DNA of 64,000 nt from Candidatus Peregrinibacteria bacterium (GTDB lineage Bacteria; Patescibacteriota; Gracilibacteria; UBA1369): contig OY970195.1 in NCBI GenBank assembly GCA_963708185.1, forward strand, positions 160,001 through 224,000, read 5' to 3'. The notes beneath the pieces are model-generated. The model saw nothing but the letters and a program-made list of their open reading frames with translations, was not told where the DNA came from and ran no database searches. Every line of letters starts with the position of its first letter. Positions within the stretch are counted from its first letter, which is position 1. Shown here one piece after another: positions 48,889-59,018 of this stretch. The position numbers were made by a program, and so were the translations under genes.

Positions 48889-49047
48889 TTAGGCGTGGGC
48901 TTTGACCGCTTCGTCGAGTGCTTTCAGCAAAACCTCTTTTCTTACCTTGGCTTTGGCTTTATTGCGGCGTTTGCGGAGTTTGCTCTTGGGACGGAGCGCG
49001 TTCATGGTGCTGAGTCCGTGCTGGTGATTGATGTGTTTATTCGACAT
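48889..49047 (-). CDS. 52-aa highly basic small protein (unannotated)
   Basis: Manual translation MSNKHINHQHGLSTMNALRPKSKLRKRRNKAKAKVRKEVLLKALDEAVKAHA*. Fills an intergenic gap, has C-ending codon bias and its own terminator. Confidence 0.72.
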   Translation of the reverse strand: MSNKHINHQHGLSTMNALRPKSKLRKRRNKAKAKVRKEVLLKALDEAVKAHA

Positions 49048-49107
49048 ACGGAATGTGATTAAGGCCTTAGTATTTAAGCGAATAAGCCCCTGTAAGTCAA
49101 GGTAACT

Positions 49108-50133
49108 TTATACCTCCGGTTCGTCTTCGTCGGCGACTTCGGCGATTTCCTGAGGCTGACCTTGCATTTCCGCTCCGGGCTGAGCTGTTTCGACGGCCTG
49201 GGCCTGGGCGAACAGCGGAGAGCTGTAGAACTCCTGGATTCTGCGTTTGTGGTCTTCGGAGAGCTTGAGAAGGTCGTTTTCTTCCTCCCCCTGGAAATCT
49301 TTGCTGAACGGCATGAAGATTTTCTGTTCGTCGAAGGAACGCACGATGGAGAAAGCGATTTCGGAACGTATCTTGAGGATGTTGCAGGGCTGGTGAACCC
49401 AGAATTTGAGTTCGAACATGATGCCCGTATCCGTGAATTTTTTGAAGATGATGGAGTGTTTGGGGCTTTTGAGGACGGCGGGATTGTTTTCGAGTATTTT
49501 ATCGAAAACGGTCATGGCCATGTTCATGTCCGAGGCGTAACCGATGGTGACGTCGACGGCGAGTCTCCTTACCGGACTGACGGCGATGTTGGAGTAGTTG
49601 ATGATGGACTGCGTCATGACGTCGCTGTTGTAGATGGTGATGTAGCGGCGGTCGAATGTCTGAAGCGTCGTCGACTGGAAATCCATTTTGTGGACTTTTC
49701 CCGTGAACGTCCTGATTTTGACGGTATCGCCGATTTTGAACGGAGCCTTAAACAGAATCAAAATGCCGGCAACGTAGTTTTTGATGACGTCCTGAAGCCC
49801 GTAACTTAAACCCAGGATGCTGACGCTTACCAGAAGGGTCATGTCGATGCCGACGTTTTTGAGCGCCAGTGTGATAGTGATGACGACAATGAAACCGGTG
49901 GTGATTTTTTCGAAAAGATTGACCGCGGTCTGCTGTTCTTTGTGGGTGACCGCGATTTTTCTCAGCCTTCCTCGGAGATACCGGATCAAAAAAATGGCGA
50001 CGATAACAATGACCGCGCTTTCGAGCACCAGCAGGAACTTTTCCAAAATTTGAGGAAGCAATGTCGAAAAATCGATGTTTCCTCCACTGCTAGCGTCGCC
50101 CGAGGGTATGGTTGTTGGCAAAGGTTGAGCCAT
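49108..50133 (-). CDS. mscS: small-conductance mechanosensitive channel (MscS family)
   Basis: 3 TM helices, GLQDVIKNYVAGILIL..APFKIGD.V, I.NS......IINYS. Confidence 0.9.
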   Translation of the reverse strand: MAQPLPTTIPSGDASSGGNIDFSTLLPQILEKFLLVLESAVIVIVAIFLIRYLRGRLRKIAVTHKEQQTAVNLFEKITTGFIVVITITLALKNVGIDMTLLVSVSILGLSYGLQDVIKNYVAGILILFKAPFKIGDTVKIRTFTGKVHKMDFQSTTLQTFDRRYITIYNSDVMTQSIINYSNIAVSPVRRLAVDVTIGYASDMNMAMTVFDKILENNPAVLKSPKHSIIFKKFTDTGIMFELKFWVHQPCNILKIRSEIAFSIVRSFDEQKIFMPFSKDFQGEEENDLLKLSEDHKRRIQEFYSSPLFAQAQAVETAQPGAEMQGQPQEIAEVADEDEPEV

Positions 50134-50235
50134 GGGATTTCAGTTTTTGTTTTTTTTCAATTGTTTTTTCCCAACATTATACCAAAAATACGCTTTTTTT
50201 TCAATTCGGCCAGGTTTCTTCGGGTGTATTGTCGT

Positions 50236-50264
50236 TTGACGAAATTTTCAAATATGTTTATAAT
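50236..50264 (+). promoter_or_regulatory. sigma70-type promoter of the SLH protein gene
   Basis: TTGACG-N17-TATAAT. Confidence 0.7.
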
Positions 50265-50307
50265 TAAAAGATTAAAATTAATATTTAAAATTTAAAAACA
50301 AAAATTT

Positions 50308-52905
50308 ATGGAAAATACACCTGAGAATCCAACACCGGGAATGGTTCCTGGACAGACACCCGCACAAACGTCGAGTACAAATCCGACGACAGGCCAGACT
50401 CCATCGGCGAATCCGGCTGCTCAGACTTCAGCTCCAACTCCTTCTCCATCAGGTGGGGCGATGTCAGGAGCTTCAACACCGGCTTCGTCACCATCATCGG
50501 CTCCCGAACCTGAAAAGAAATCTTCCAAACTGCTTTGGTACCTGATCGGAGGGATCATTCTCATTCTTGTTATCCTCGGGATATTTTACGGGTTGGGCAT
50601 GGGCGGACTTTTCCAGGGAAACACCACGGCCGTGAATCCTCTTACCACGAGCGTCACGAAAATTGCCGTCGTTCCGGGATTTTCAGTCGCCCAGCAAAAC
50701 GGCGTTTCGGTCGATAGTTCCCGTTTGAAAATTGATGTGAGCAAACTTTCGAATAAAACGGTAGACGTTTATATGGATGATGCCGTCGTCAGGCAGAATT
50801 TCCGCGGGGCTTATCTTGTCAGTAATACCGATTATCCAGGGCTGATCGATGCCTTGAAGGTTCAATACACCGTGACGGGTACCATGCAACAGGCGACGAT
50901 GCAGTCGCTTACGGCGAAACCGTTACCGCAGCAAAGCGTGACGGCAGTCCCTTTTACCCAGCAGACACAACAGATTTATACGATGCAGTCCCAGCCCGCA
51001 GCCCCCCTTCAGTATCAGACAGGGACCCAGCAGAGCTACACTATGCAGATGTATACCCAGCAGCCGTCCGCAACATTGCAGCCGGTGATATCACCGAGCA
51101 GAGTTTCACAGCCGGTTTTACTCAGTCCCTCCAATCTCCAGACGAATATCTTCTATGACGTTGCGGGGGCGGCTTCGCTCAGTAATGCTATTCAATGTCC
51201 TCAAAATGGAGGCGGCGATAACGTTTATGTCAGTTGCGACATGAGTTCCGCACTCGACGGCGATTACAAACTTGTCTTCGATTTGAAGGATAACACCCAA
51301 CAGGTCGTTGATATCACGGTGAGTTCTTCGACCGTAAGCTGCGTTGATCTTTCCACAAAGACGGTCAGTTTTTCACCGGCAAATTTGTCCTTTGATCGCA
51401 CTGATCCGAAAGATAATACTCAAAAACAGACCGCCATAACCACTGACCTTCCCGATGGTTGTTCCGACCAGCTCCATTTTGCGCTGGTTGATACAAAGAA
51501 CATGGATACCAACGGTGCTCCGAAAGTCGTTCAATCCTGGGCAAGTTTGGATGCCCTCAAATCGTCGCAATTCGCGATCCCGGGCGGTAACAACCCCACG
51601 CTTCAGTTTGACAGTTCCGCAAAGGCTTTCAACGGAGGCGTCTTGCCTGCGGGGGATTATGACTTCAAGGTTTTTGACAACAAGTCCGGTAATCTTCTCG
51701 GTCATCTGCCCATCACGGTGAAGGATGTCCCAGGTGCCGCGGTCGTCGATTGCACGAAGATTCCGACCGTTCAGTTCACGCCTTCAACCGTTGATAAAGA
51801 TAAGACAAACCTTAAAGACAACGTGACGGTGAGCATCGATAATTTCCCGCCCGATCAATGTCAGATTAATCCAAAAATGGTGAATCCGGACGGAAAGGAC
51901 ATCAGTTCGAATTTTGTTTTCGATATCCAGAAGGACAACAGTTTTGTTTTGAATTCACCGGCGAATGCCGCGAAAACGTCGGTAATCCAGCGTGACGTTA
52001 TCCTGAATTTTGCTGTATACAGCACTCAGTTCAGTCAGAACGGTGATTATAAGCTCGTGCTTTCCAACGTCTCGAATAAAAATGCTCAGATCGGATCGTT
52101 GACCATTCACGTCGACCTGACGGGTGCTGCTCAATCTCCTCAAACTCAACCAGCAGGCGTTGCCACTCCTTCCCCATCACCGACACCTGCGCCGGCTCCT
52201 TCACCGTCGCCGGCCGCTCCGATAAAGCAGCAGCCCGAACAAACTCCCCCGACCACGACCAGCACAACAACTACAACAACCACGGCTCAGACGCCCGCAA
52301 CGGGTCAGGAGAACGTTGATTGCGCTACCCTCGTGGGCGAGGCGAACTATACTGCTTCAACCTGTGCTCTGGCGCAGGAAATGAAGGCAAAGGGCGTTAT
52401 CACCGGCGCACTTCATCCGTCTGATCCCCTCAAGCGTTATGAGGCGGCCTTGATGGTCGTCCGTGCGCTCGGACTCGGTGAGAACTGTACCAGCAATATT
52501 CTCAGCAGATATAGAGACGTCGATATTTCTGCTTCCTACATTCCACAGCTTTGTGCCGCAAACAACGTGGGAGTCATCAAAGGATACACCTCTGATCCGG
52601 CGCATCCTGTCATGTACCCCGCACGGCAGGTGACCTATCGTGAATTTTCCCGAATGCTCGTCAACGGGTACGTTGCGACGGGCCTGGCCAAAGTTCCAAG
52701 AACCTACAGCGAGGTCGCTAAAGCCCTGGGCTTCAACGTCGCTCCGGCAAATGACTGGTTCGGTTTTGCCCTCCAATACCTCGTAAACCGCGGTGTTGTT
52801 TCTCTGGATGAATTGAAGTCGATCAATCTTGACGCTTCGCTCACCCGTCTGGACGTCGTCGAACTTATTTCGAACGTCATGAACGACGTTGAAACCTTGA
52901 AATAG
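50308..52905 (+). CDS. membrane-anchored surface protein with C-terminal S-layer homology (SLH) domains
   Basis: Pro/Ser/Thr N-tail, one TM, beta-rich modules (GDYKLV/GDYDFK), Pro/Thr linker, SLH-like LKRYEAALMVVRALG, VTYREFSRMLV, LTRLDVVELI. Confidence 0.82.
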   Translation: MENTPENPTPGMVPGQTPAQTSSTNPTTGQTPSANPAAQTSAPTPSPSGGAMSGASTPASSPSSAPEPEKKSSKLLWYLIGGIILILVILGIFYGLGMGGLFQGNTTAVNPLTTSVTKIAVVPGFSVAQQNGVSVDSSRLKIDVSKLSNKTVDVYMDDAVVRQNFRGAYLVSNTDYPGLIDALKVQYTVTGTMQQATMQSLTAKPLPQQSVTAVPFTQQTQQIYTMQSQPAAPLQYQTGTQQSYTMQMYTQQPSATLQPVISPSRVSQPVLLSPSNLQTNIFYDVAGAASLSNAIQCPQNGGGDNVYVSCDMSSALDGDYKLVFDLKDNTQQVVDITVSSSTVSCVDLSTKTVSFSPANLSFDRTDPKDNTQKQTAITTDLPDGCSDQLHFALVDTKNMDTNGAPKVVQSWASLDALKSSQFAIPGGNNPTLQFDSSAKAFNGGVLPAGDYDFKVFDNKSGNLLGHLPITVKDVPGAAVVDCTKIPTVQFTPSTVDKDKTNLKDNVTVSIDNFPPDQCQINPKMVNPDGKDISSNFVFDIQKDNSFVLNSPANAAKTSVIQRDVILNFAVYSTQFSQNGDYKLVLSNVSNKNAQIGSLTIHVDLTGAAQSPQTQPAGVATPSPSPTPAPAPSPSPAAPIKQQPEQTPPTTTSTTTTTTTAQTPATGQENVDCATLVGEANYTASTCALAQEMKAKGVITGALHPSDPLKRYEAALMVVRALGLGENCTSNILSRYRDVDISASYIPQLCAANNVGVIKGYTSDPAHPVMYPARQVTYREFSRMLVNGYVATGLAKVPRTYSEVAKALGFNVAPANDWFGFALQYLVNRGVVSLDELKSINLDASLTRLDVVELISNVMNDVETLK

Positions 52906-52930
52906 ATTCAGGTTCTTCCTTCTTGAAGTG

Positions 52931-52968
52931 AAACCTCCGTCAGGCGACAAAAGCTGGCGGAGGTTTTT
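52931..52968 (+). terminator. intrinsic terminator after the SLH protein gene
   Basis: AAACCTCCGTCAG...CTGGCGGAGGTTT stem followed by a T-rich tract. Confidence 0.7.
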
Positions 52969-53004
52969 GATTTTGTTATAATGACCCCGTTCTCAAAGAT
53001 TCAT

Positions 53005-53532
53005 ATGAAAAATTTCTCTAAAAGCGGGGTTGTGGTTTTGACGGCCGTGATGGCTTTGAGTTTTTTGAGCGGTTGCAGTCAGGACGAGTCTTCGGCGGTC
53101 AAAAGTTATAACAACTCCATCGTCGCGATCCAAAAAGATATGTTCAACACGGCGCAAGACGACAGTAAGGTTTTTGACGAACCCAACGTTGGCACGGACA
53201 AAGTTTTATCCGCCCTCAAGGACATTCAATCGAACATTCAGTCGAGCCACGACAAGTTTACCGCCATGCAGGTTCCTTCAGGTGCGGAGCAGCTTTCCGA
53301 AGCCATGGGACGTTTTTTTCAGGTTGAGATCAAAGGTATCCAGAACGTTATTGACGGGGTGCAGCAGCTTGTCGGCAAGGAGAGTGATCCTGATGCGAGA
53401 AAAGCCTTCAGTGATACGTTTGCCCAGTTCAGTTCCCAGGAAAGCGCCGCACTCAAGGATTTTTATGCCACCCAGCAGCAGGTAGCGGATCAGTACGGTC
53501 AAAAAGTCATCCAGACGGACACGGGAAATTAA
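53005..53532 (+). CDS. helical lipoprotein
   Basis: MKNFSK + hydrophobic core + LSGC lipobox. Start placed at 53005. Confidence 0.75.
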   Translation: MKNFSKSGVVVLTAVMALSFLSGCSQDESSAVKSYNNSIVAIQKDMFNTAQDDSKVFDEPNVGTDKVLSALKDIQSNIQSSHDKFTAMQVPSGAEQLSEAMGRFFQVEIKGIQNVIDGVQQLVGKESDPDARKAFSDTFAQFSSQESAALKDFYATQQQVADQYGQKVIQTDTGN

Positions 53533-53609
53533 AATTTTCGATTGTGCGACGAAGTATTGACAGAAATGCTCTGTTTGTTTTAGTTTTTGACCATTGTTTT
53601 TTTTGAATT

Positions 53610-55163
53610 ATGGCGGTTACCGTTATGAAATTCGGAGGAACCTCTGTTGATAAAATGGAAGAGGTGAGTGACCTCGTGACGGCTGAAAAGGCGAGAGGGA
53701 ATATGCCGGTCGCGGTTGTTTCGGCGTTCAGCGGAGAGACGAATAAACTTCTCGCTGTTGGCCAACAGGTTCTCGAGACGCTTGATGGTGATTGGGATCC
53801 AGTCGAGATTGTTGGATTTTTTGGCGGGATTACCCGTGATACGGTGCTTCGAGCGGTTCATTTTTTGGAGAACGAATATATCGATAAAGGGAGCATTCAG
53901 AAGGTCGGCAAATTAATCGATGATTATCTCCATTCCCAGGTCTGTGAGGCGGTTACGATGATCGGTATCGCCCAGGATCAGGGACTGGCCGGCGAGCAAC
54001 TCAGGACGTATGCAACGGATAAGATTGTTGGTCTGGGAGAGGTTTTTTCCGCGAAGATCCTGGCGATGATGATGATGGTACGTATGCGTGTTCAGGCCTG
54101 CCGTGATATCAATCTGAAAGATGTTTTTCAAATCTACGATGCTTCCAGACTTTCCACGGAAAAAGGAGTGGTGGACCAGGAAAAACTTTATCAGTCGATC
54201 AGCGTCAACATCGCCGAAAGAGTCCGGGCTTGTCTTGAAAATAATGAAATTCCGGTGGTGACGGGATACGTGGGATACATACCGGGAGGCATTTTGAATA
54301 CGATTGATCGCGGATACACCGATTCCACGGCGGCCATGACGGCGCGTGGTTTGAAGCGGATTTCAGGTGGGCACGAAGATGTGAAGCTGGAGATATGGAA
54401 GGAGGTTGACGGTCTGCTTTCCGCTGATCCGAGAATCGTGGGAAAAGACCGGGCGAAACTCCGTACCAAGGCGCATTTTGACGAAGCTGCCGAACTTTCC
54501 GACCTGGCTGGCATGAAGGCAATCAATCCCCACGGGGTCTGGGTGCTCGACGGGGAAAATATTCCGATCATCGTTAAAAATACTTTCAGCCCGGGGGGTG
54601 CCGGGACGACGATAAGCCTTGAAGACGACGAAGACGTCAGGGGTGTTCGTTTTATCAGCGGGAAGAAAGGGCAATCGGTGTATCGGGTCAGCAGTTCAAG
54701 GATGATCGAACAGAAAGGCGTTGCAGCCAAGGTTTTCACGGCCTGCGCCGAACTGGGCGTATCCGTTGATGCGATCACGACTTCCGCGCGAACGGTGGCT
54801 TTCAGCGTGGAGAGTAAGCATGCCAGGAACCAGCAACTCGTTGAACTGCTTTCGAATATCGGTACAGTAGATCTGTGCGACGACATGGCCATCGTCTGTT
54901 GCATCGGCAACAATATGGCCGACAAAAAGGGTCTGTTGTGCTGGCTCTCCGGAATACTGGCGGCCCATGACATCAACATCGAGTTCGACGGAGGGGACGG
55001 AGACCGCAACGTCACCTTTATTCTTCGTGAGGACGATTACGAAAAAGCCATTAAGGCTTTGCACGACGCCGTTTTTTATCCAAGTCTGGAACAAGCCAGA
55101 AAAGGCGCTCAAAAGGTGATGAAACCTTTTCTGCGCCGTTATCTGAGAGTTGTCGGAAAGTAA
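53610..55163 (+). CDS. lysC: aspartate kinase (Hom3-like signatures, two ACT domains)
   Basis: VMKFGGTSV, VVSA, GE..SA, VVTGY.G, RGYTD, WKEVDG..SADPR, EAAEL, C-terminal ACT repeats. Confidence 0.9.
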   Translation: MAVTVMKFGGTSVDKMEEVSDLVTAEKARGNMPVAVVSAFSGETNKLLAVGQQVLETLDGDWDPVEIVGFFGGITRDTVLRAVHFLENEYIDKGSIQKVGKLIDDYLHSQVCEAVTMIGIAQDQGLAGEQLRTYATDKIVGLGEVFSAKILAMMMMVRMRVQACRDINLKDVFQIYDASRLSTEKGVVDQEKLYQSISVNIAERVRACLENNEIPVVTGYVGYIPGGILNTIDRGYTDSTAAMTARGLKRISGGHEDVKLEIWKEVDGLLSADPRIVGKDRAKLRTKAHFDEAAELSDLAGMKAINPHGVWVLDGENIPIIVKNTFSPGGAGTTISLEDDEDVRGVRFISGKKGQSVYRVSSSRMIEQKGVAAKVFTACAELGVSVDAITTSARTVAFSVESKHARNQQLVELLSNIGTVDLCDDMAIVCCIGNNMADKKGLLCWLSGILAAHDINIEFDGGDGDRNVTFILREDDYEKAIKALHDAVFYPSLEQARKGAQKVMKPFLRRYLRVVGK

Positions 55164-55190
55164 TTGGAAGTTTCGATACGAGCACCGTGA

Positions 55191-56999
55191 CTAGCCGTTG
55201 GATTTGTTCATGCGCTTGCGTTCGTTTTCCGTCAGGTATTTCTTGCGGACACGGATGGATTTCGGGGTAATCTCGACCAGTTCATTGTCAGAAATGAACT
55301 CCATGGCCTGTTCCAGGCTCATGTCGAGGTGGGGAACGAGGCGGATGGCTTCGTCGGAGGAAGTGGTGCGCATGTTGGAAAGTTTTTTCTCCTTGGAAGG
55401 ATTGACGACGAGGTCGTCGCTCTTGGCGTTTTCGCCGATGATCATTCCCTCGTATACCTGGACTCCGGGGCCGATGAAGAGCACGCCGCGTTCCTGGAGG
55501 TTCCAAAGCGCAAAGGCAACGCTTACCCCTTGTTCACCCGAGATCATCACGCCGTTGACTCGGCGGGTCAGTTCACCTTTGTAACGTTCATAGTGGAAGA
55601 AGCTGTGGTCCATCAGTCCCTGACCGCGGGTATCCATGATGAATTCCGAACGGAGACCGAGCAAGCCGCGTGTCGGAATCAAATATTCCATCTGGGTCTG
55701 TCCGTTTTCTGAGTTCATGTTCTGCATGTCACCTTTGCGTTTGCCGAGTTTCTCGATGATCGTTCCGGCATATTCGTCGGGGACGTTGATGACGAGCTGT
55801 TCCACCGGTTCCATCTTTTCGTTGTTGATGGTTTTCATGATGACCTGCGGCTGGGAGATCTGGAGTTCGTAGCCTTCGCGGCGCATGTTCTCGATAAGGA
55901 TGGAAAGATGGAGTTCACCGCGGCCGGAAACTTTATAACCGTCCGTTCCTTCGAGCGGTTCGACTTTCAGCCCGACGTTGGTCTGGAGTTCGCGTTCCAG
56001 ACGGTCCTTGAGATGTCGCGTTGTCACGAATTTTCCTTCTTTTCCGGCAAAAGGGGAGTTGTTGACGAGGAAATTCATGGTGAGCGTGGGCTCGTCGATC
56101 TCCAAAAGCGGAAGCGGATCGGCCTGGTCGACATTACAGATAGTCTCGCCGATGGAAATGTCGGGAATCCCCGCGATGGCGACGATGTCTCCGCATTCGG
56201 ATTCCGGCACTTCCATTTTATGAAGTCCCTGGAAGGTGTAGAGCTTGGTTATTTTTCCGTTGACCACTTTGCCGTCGCGTTTGCAGACGCTGACGTTTCC
56301 GCCGTTTTTGACGGTGCCGCGGGTGACGCGTCCGATTCCGATGCGTCCGATGTAGTCGTCGTAGGCAAGATTTGTGATCTGAAGCTGGAGCGATTCCGTT
56401 GCTTTGTCGGGATACGGCTGGACATTCTTCACGATCGTTTCAAAAAGAGGAGTGAGGTCTTTACCTTCATCTTCCATATTGTATTTGGCGATACCTTCGC
56501 GTCCGATCGAATAAAGAATCGGGAAGTCGAGCTGCTGGTCATTGGCGCCGAGTTTGACGAAGAGATCAAAGACCATGTCCACCACGTGGTGGGCCTGCTG
56601 GTCCTTGCGGTCGATCTTATTGATAACGACAATCGGTCTGAGTCCCAGTTTCAAGGATTTTTGAAGCACGAATTTGGTCTGCGGCATGGGGCCTTCCTTG
56701 GCATCAACCAGGAGTAAAACAGTATCCACCATTTTGAGGACGCGTTCGACTTCGGAACCGAAGTCGGCGTGGCCCGGGGTGTCCACGATGTTGATCTTGA
56801 TGTCCTTATAGTGGATGGAAGAGTTTTTTGCGAGAATGGTGATGCCGCGTTCTCTTTCGAGGGCGTTGGAGTCCATGACGAGTTCGCCTATTTTTTCATG
56901 GGAGTTGAAAGCGCCTCCCTGGCGGAGCAGGAAGTCGGTGAGGGTGGTTTTTCCGTGATCGACGTGCGCAATGATCGCGATGTTGATAATCTTCGACAT
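55191..56999 (-). CDS. typA: translational GTPase TypA/BipA
   Basis: [48 protein letters not shown]. Confidence 0.97.
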   Translation of the reverse strand: MSKIINIAIIAHVDHGKTTLTDFLLRQGGAFNSHEKIGELVMDSNALERERGITILAKNSSIHYKDIKINIVDTPGHADFGSEVERVLKMVDTVLLLVDAKEGPMPQTKFVLQKSLKLGLRPIVVINKIDRKDQQAHHVVDMVFDLFVKLGANDQQLDFPILYSIGREGIAKYNMEDEGKDLTPLFETIVKNVQPYPDKATESLQLQITNLAYDDYIGRIGIGRVTRGTVKNGGNVSVCKRDGKVVNGKITKLYTFQGLHKMEVPESECGDIVAIAGIPDISIGETICNVDQADPLPLLEIDEPTLTMNFLVNNSPFAGKEGKFVTTRHLKDRLERELQTNVGLKVEPLEGTDGYKVSGRGELHLSILIENMRREGYELQISQPQVIMKTINNEKMEPVEQLVINVPDEYAGTIIEKLGKRKGDMQNMNSENGQTQMEYLIPTRGLLGLRSEFIMDTRGQGLMDHSFFHYERYKGELTRRVNGVMISGEQGVSVAFALWNLQERGVLFIGPGVQVYEGMIIGENAKSDDLVVNPSKEKKLSNMRTTSSDEAIRLVPHLDMSLEQAMEFISDNELVEITPKSIRVRKKYLTENERKRMNKSNG

Positions 57000-57013
57000 A
57001 ACCGTTGTTGGGG

Positions 57014-58123
57014 CTAGGAAATTGGGGTTTTTGATTGAATTTGCTGCGATGTTTCCGTTGCCGGTTTGGGCGTCTGACCGGGCGCCGGCTCGCGGATTAT
57101 AACAGAACGCAGAATGTTTTCAACATCAGCTGCGTTTTTTGCGGTCATGAGTTTTTGGCGGACTTCACCGGCGCTGGCGAATCCTTTGCAGTACCAGCTG
57201 AGATGTTTGCGCATCGGCATGAAGTAGGTTTCCCCGAACAGTTGCTGATGGATGCGGGAATGTTCAGCGGCGATTTCCAGACGTTCGTCGATCGTTCCTT
57301 CACGGTTCCGGAAGACCCACGGGTTGCCGAAAGCTGCTCGTCCGATCATGATTCCGTCGACGCCATACCGCTTGATGTACTCATGGGCCTGATCGATGGA
57401 GACGATGTCGCCGTTGCCGATGACGGTGGTTTCGGTCCGATGGATGATGGCTGCGGCCCTGGCAATGGCTTCCCAGTCTGCTTTTCCGGTATACATCTGC
57501 TTAAGGGTGCGGCCGTGGATGGAAATATTGACCGGTTCGACCTCCAGCAGATGTTTGGTCCATTCTTCTATGGAGATCTGGTCGTAACCCACGCGGGTTT
57601 TGACCGAAACCGGAAGGACTTTTCTTGTGACATTTTCGTGCCGGTGAAGTTTGACCCATCCGATGATGGTTTCCGGCAGGCCGGTTTCTTCCATGGTTTT
57701 TCCTCGAGCCCAGTCTTCGCAGGCGCGACGGGTTTCCCTGACGATTTTTTTTGCGAGGTCCGGTGTTAAAATCAGTGCCGCGCCGGAGCCTCTCGAAGCC
57801 ACGCTTTTGGCCGGGCAGCCCATGTTGATGTCGATACCGTCGAACCCTAGTTCACAGATGGCGAATGAAGCTTTATAGAAGGCTTCGGGGGTGGATCCGA
57901 ACAGTTGTGCCGCCACGGGCCGTTCGCTTTCGTCGTAGAAGAAGGCGTTGAGGGTTTTTGTGGCTCCGGCGCAGATTCCTTCAACCGACGTGAATTCGGT
58001 GATCATAAGGTCGGGCTTGCCGTATTTTGCCGTGATAAGGCGAAACGGCGCGTCGGTGACCCCGTCCATGGGGGAGAGCGCGATGATCGGTTTTTTCAAA
58101 TTTTTCCAGAATCCTTTTTCCAT
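57014..58123 (-). CDS. tRNA-dihydrouridine synthase (Dus family)
   Basis: LSPMDGVTD, QLFG, DINMGCP, SVKTR.G, HGRT, GNGDI, MIGRAA.GNPW, RKH..WY. Confidence 0.93.
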   Translation of the reverse strand: MEKGFWKNLKKPIIALSPMDGVTDAPFRLITAKYGKPDLMITEFTSVEGICAGATKTLNAFFYDESERPVAAQLFGSTPEAFYKASFAICELGFDGIDINMGCPAKSVASRGSGAALILTPDLAKKIVRETRRACEDWARGKTMEETGLPETIIGWVKLHRHENVTRKVLPVSVKTRVGYDQISIEEWTKHLLEVEPVNISIHGRTLKQMYTGKADWEAIARAAAIIHRTETTVIGNGDIVSIDQAHEYIKRYGVDGIMIGRAAFGNPWVFRNREGTIDERLEIAAEHSRIHQQLFGETYFMPMRKHLSWYCKGFASAGEVRQKLMTAKNAADVENILRSVIIREPAPGQTPKPATETSQQIQSKTPIS

Positions 58124-58222
58124 CGTTTGAAGTTATGCCTGTCAGGCCGTTTTAAGGTGCGTACATAATAAAAGAGACCCGCCACAATGACAAGTCTCTT
58201 TTTCTGTGTTCTTGTAGCATTT

Positions 58223-58987
58223 TTAATCGGTTTTTTCTTCGCAGTAGGGCAGGATGAAGTCAACATTGGCGATGAGTCCGCTTCCTCTGCCGGACTGGTT
58301 TTTGAGAATGATGGCGGCGCCACGTTTGCGTCTCTCTGGTTCTTTGGAGCAGGGGAAAAGATGGTATTTGATCCTGGGGTCTCTTTCGTCCGCAACAACG
58401 ATACTTGGCGAGTAGTTGAGGTAAGACATGAATTTGTCGTTCTCAGGGTTTTCGATTTTCGTTGCAATGAGCACATTCTGTTGTGATTCGGTTGCCCTGT
58501 CGTCGACTTTTTGCCAGACGGCTTCGGATTCAGGTCCATTTTTGTCACTCAACATAAGTGCATTCATGTTGAACTGTTTTCGGGGAAAACTTTCCGGGTC
58601 CACGAGTTTGCCGCCACTTTTGATATATTCCAGGAGTTCTGCAGGTGTTTTGGGCAGTATTGCCGCCGTGATTTGTTTGTCTGTTTCCGCAAGTGAGGGA
58701 AAAGTTTTAGAAGCGGATTGGCCTTCAAGGGCATTTGTTTCAGAATTTTTTTCCAAAAAGGCATGGAATTTTTCAGGAACAAAAGCATAGGCGATAATGG
58801 TCGCTCCGATACCCGCATTTAATCCCATGATTGCTACCGACCCGATTTTTTTTGCCACTTTCCAGCGGGTGTTTTGTCGCTGTCCCTCCACTTTTACGGA
58901 AATATTTTCGGGAGACATGCTGTTTGGTGCTTCGGAAGCCGGAAGCGTGTCGTTGTTTGCGACAATAAATTCATGTTTTTTATTCAT
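58223..58987 (-). CDS. single-pass membrane hypothetical protein, paralog B
   Basis: Polar leader, TM, C-terminal domain LIATK.EN...DK.M.Y / DP.I.YHL..CS / RGAAI.L shared with 59019-59813. Confidence 0.78.
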   Translation of the reverse strand: MNKKHEFIVANNDTLPASEAPNSMSPENISVKVEGQRQNTRWKVAKKIGSVAIMGLNAGIGATIIAYAFVPEKFHAFLEKNSETNALEGQSASKTFPSLAETDKQITAAILPKTPAELLEYIKSGGKLVDPESFPRKQFNMNALMLSDKNGPESEAVWQKVDDRATESQQNVLIATKIENPENDKFMSYLNYSPSIVVADERDPRIKYHLFPCSKEPERRKRGAAIILKNQSGRGSGLIANVDFILPYCEEKTD

Positions 58988-59018
58988 TGAAAAAGGTTTA
59001 CGGGATTTTCAGAATAAA

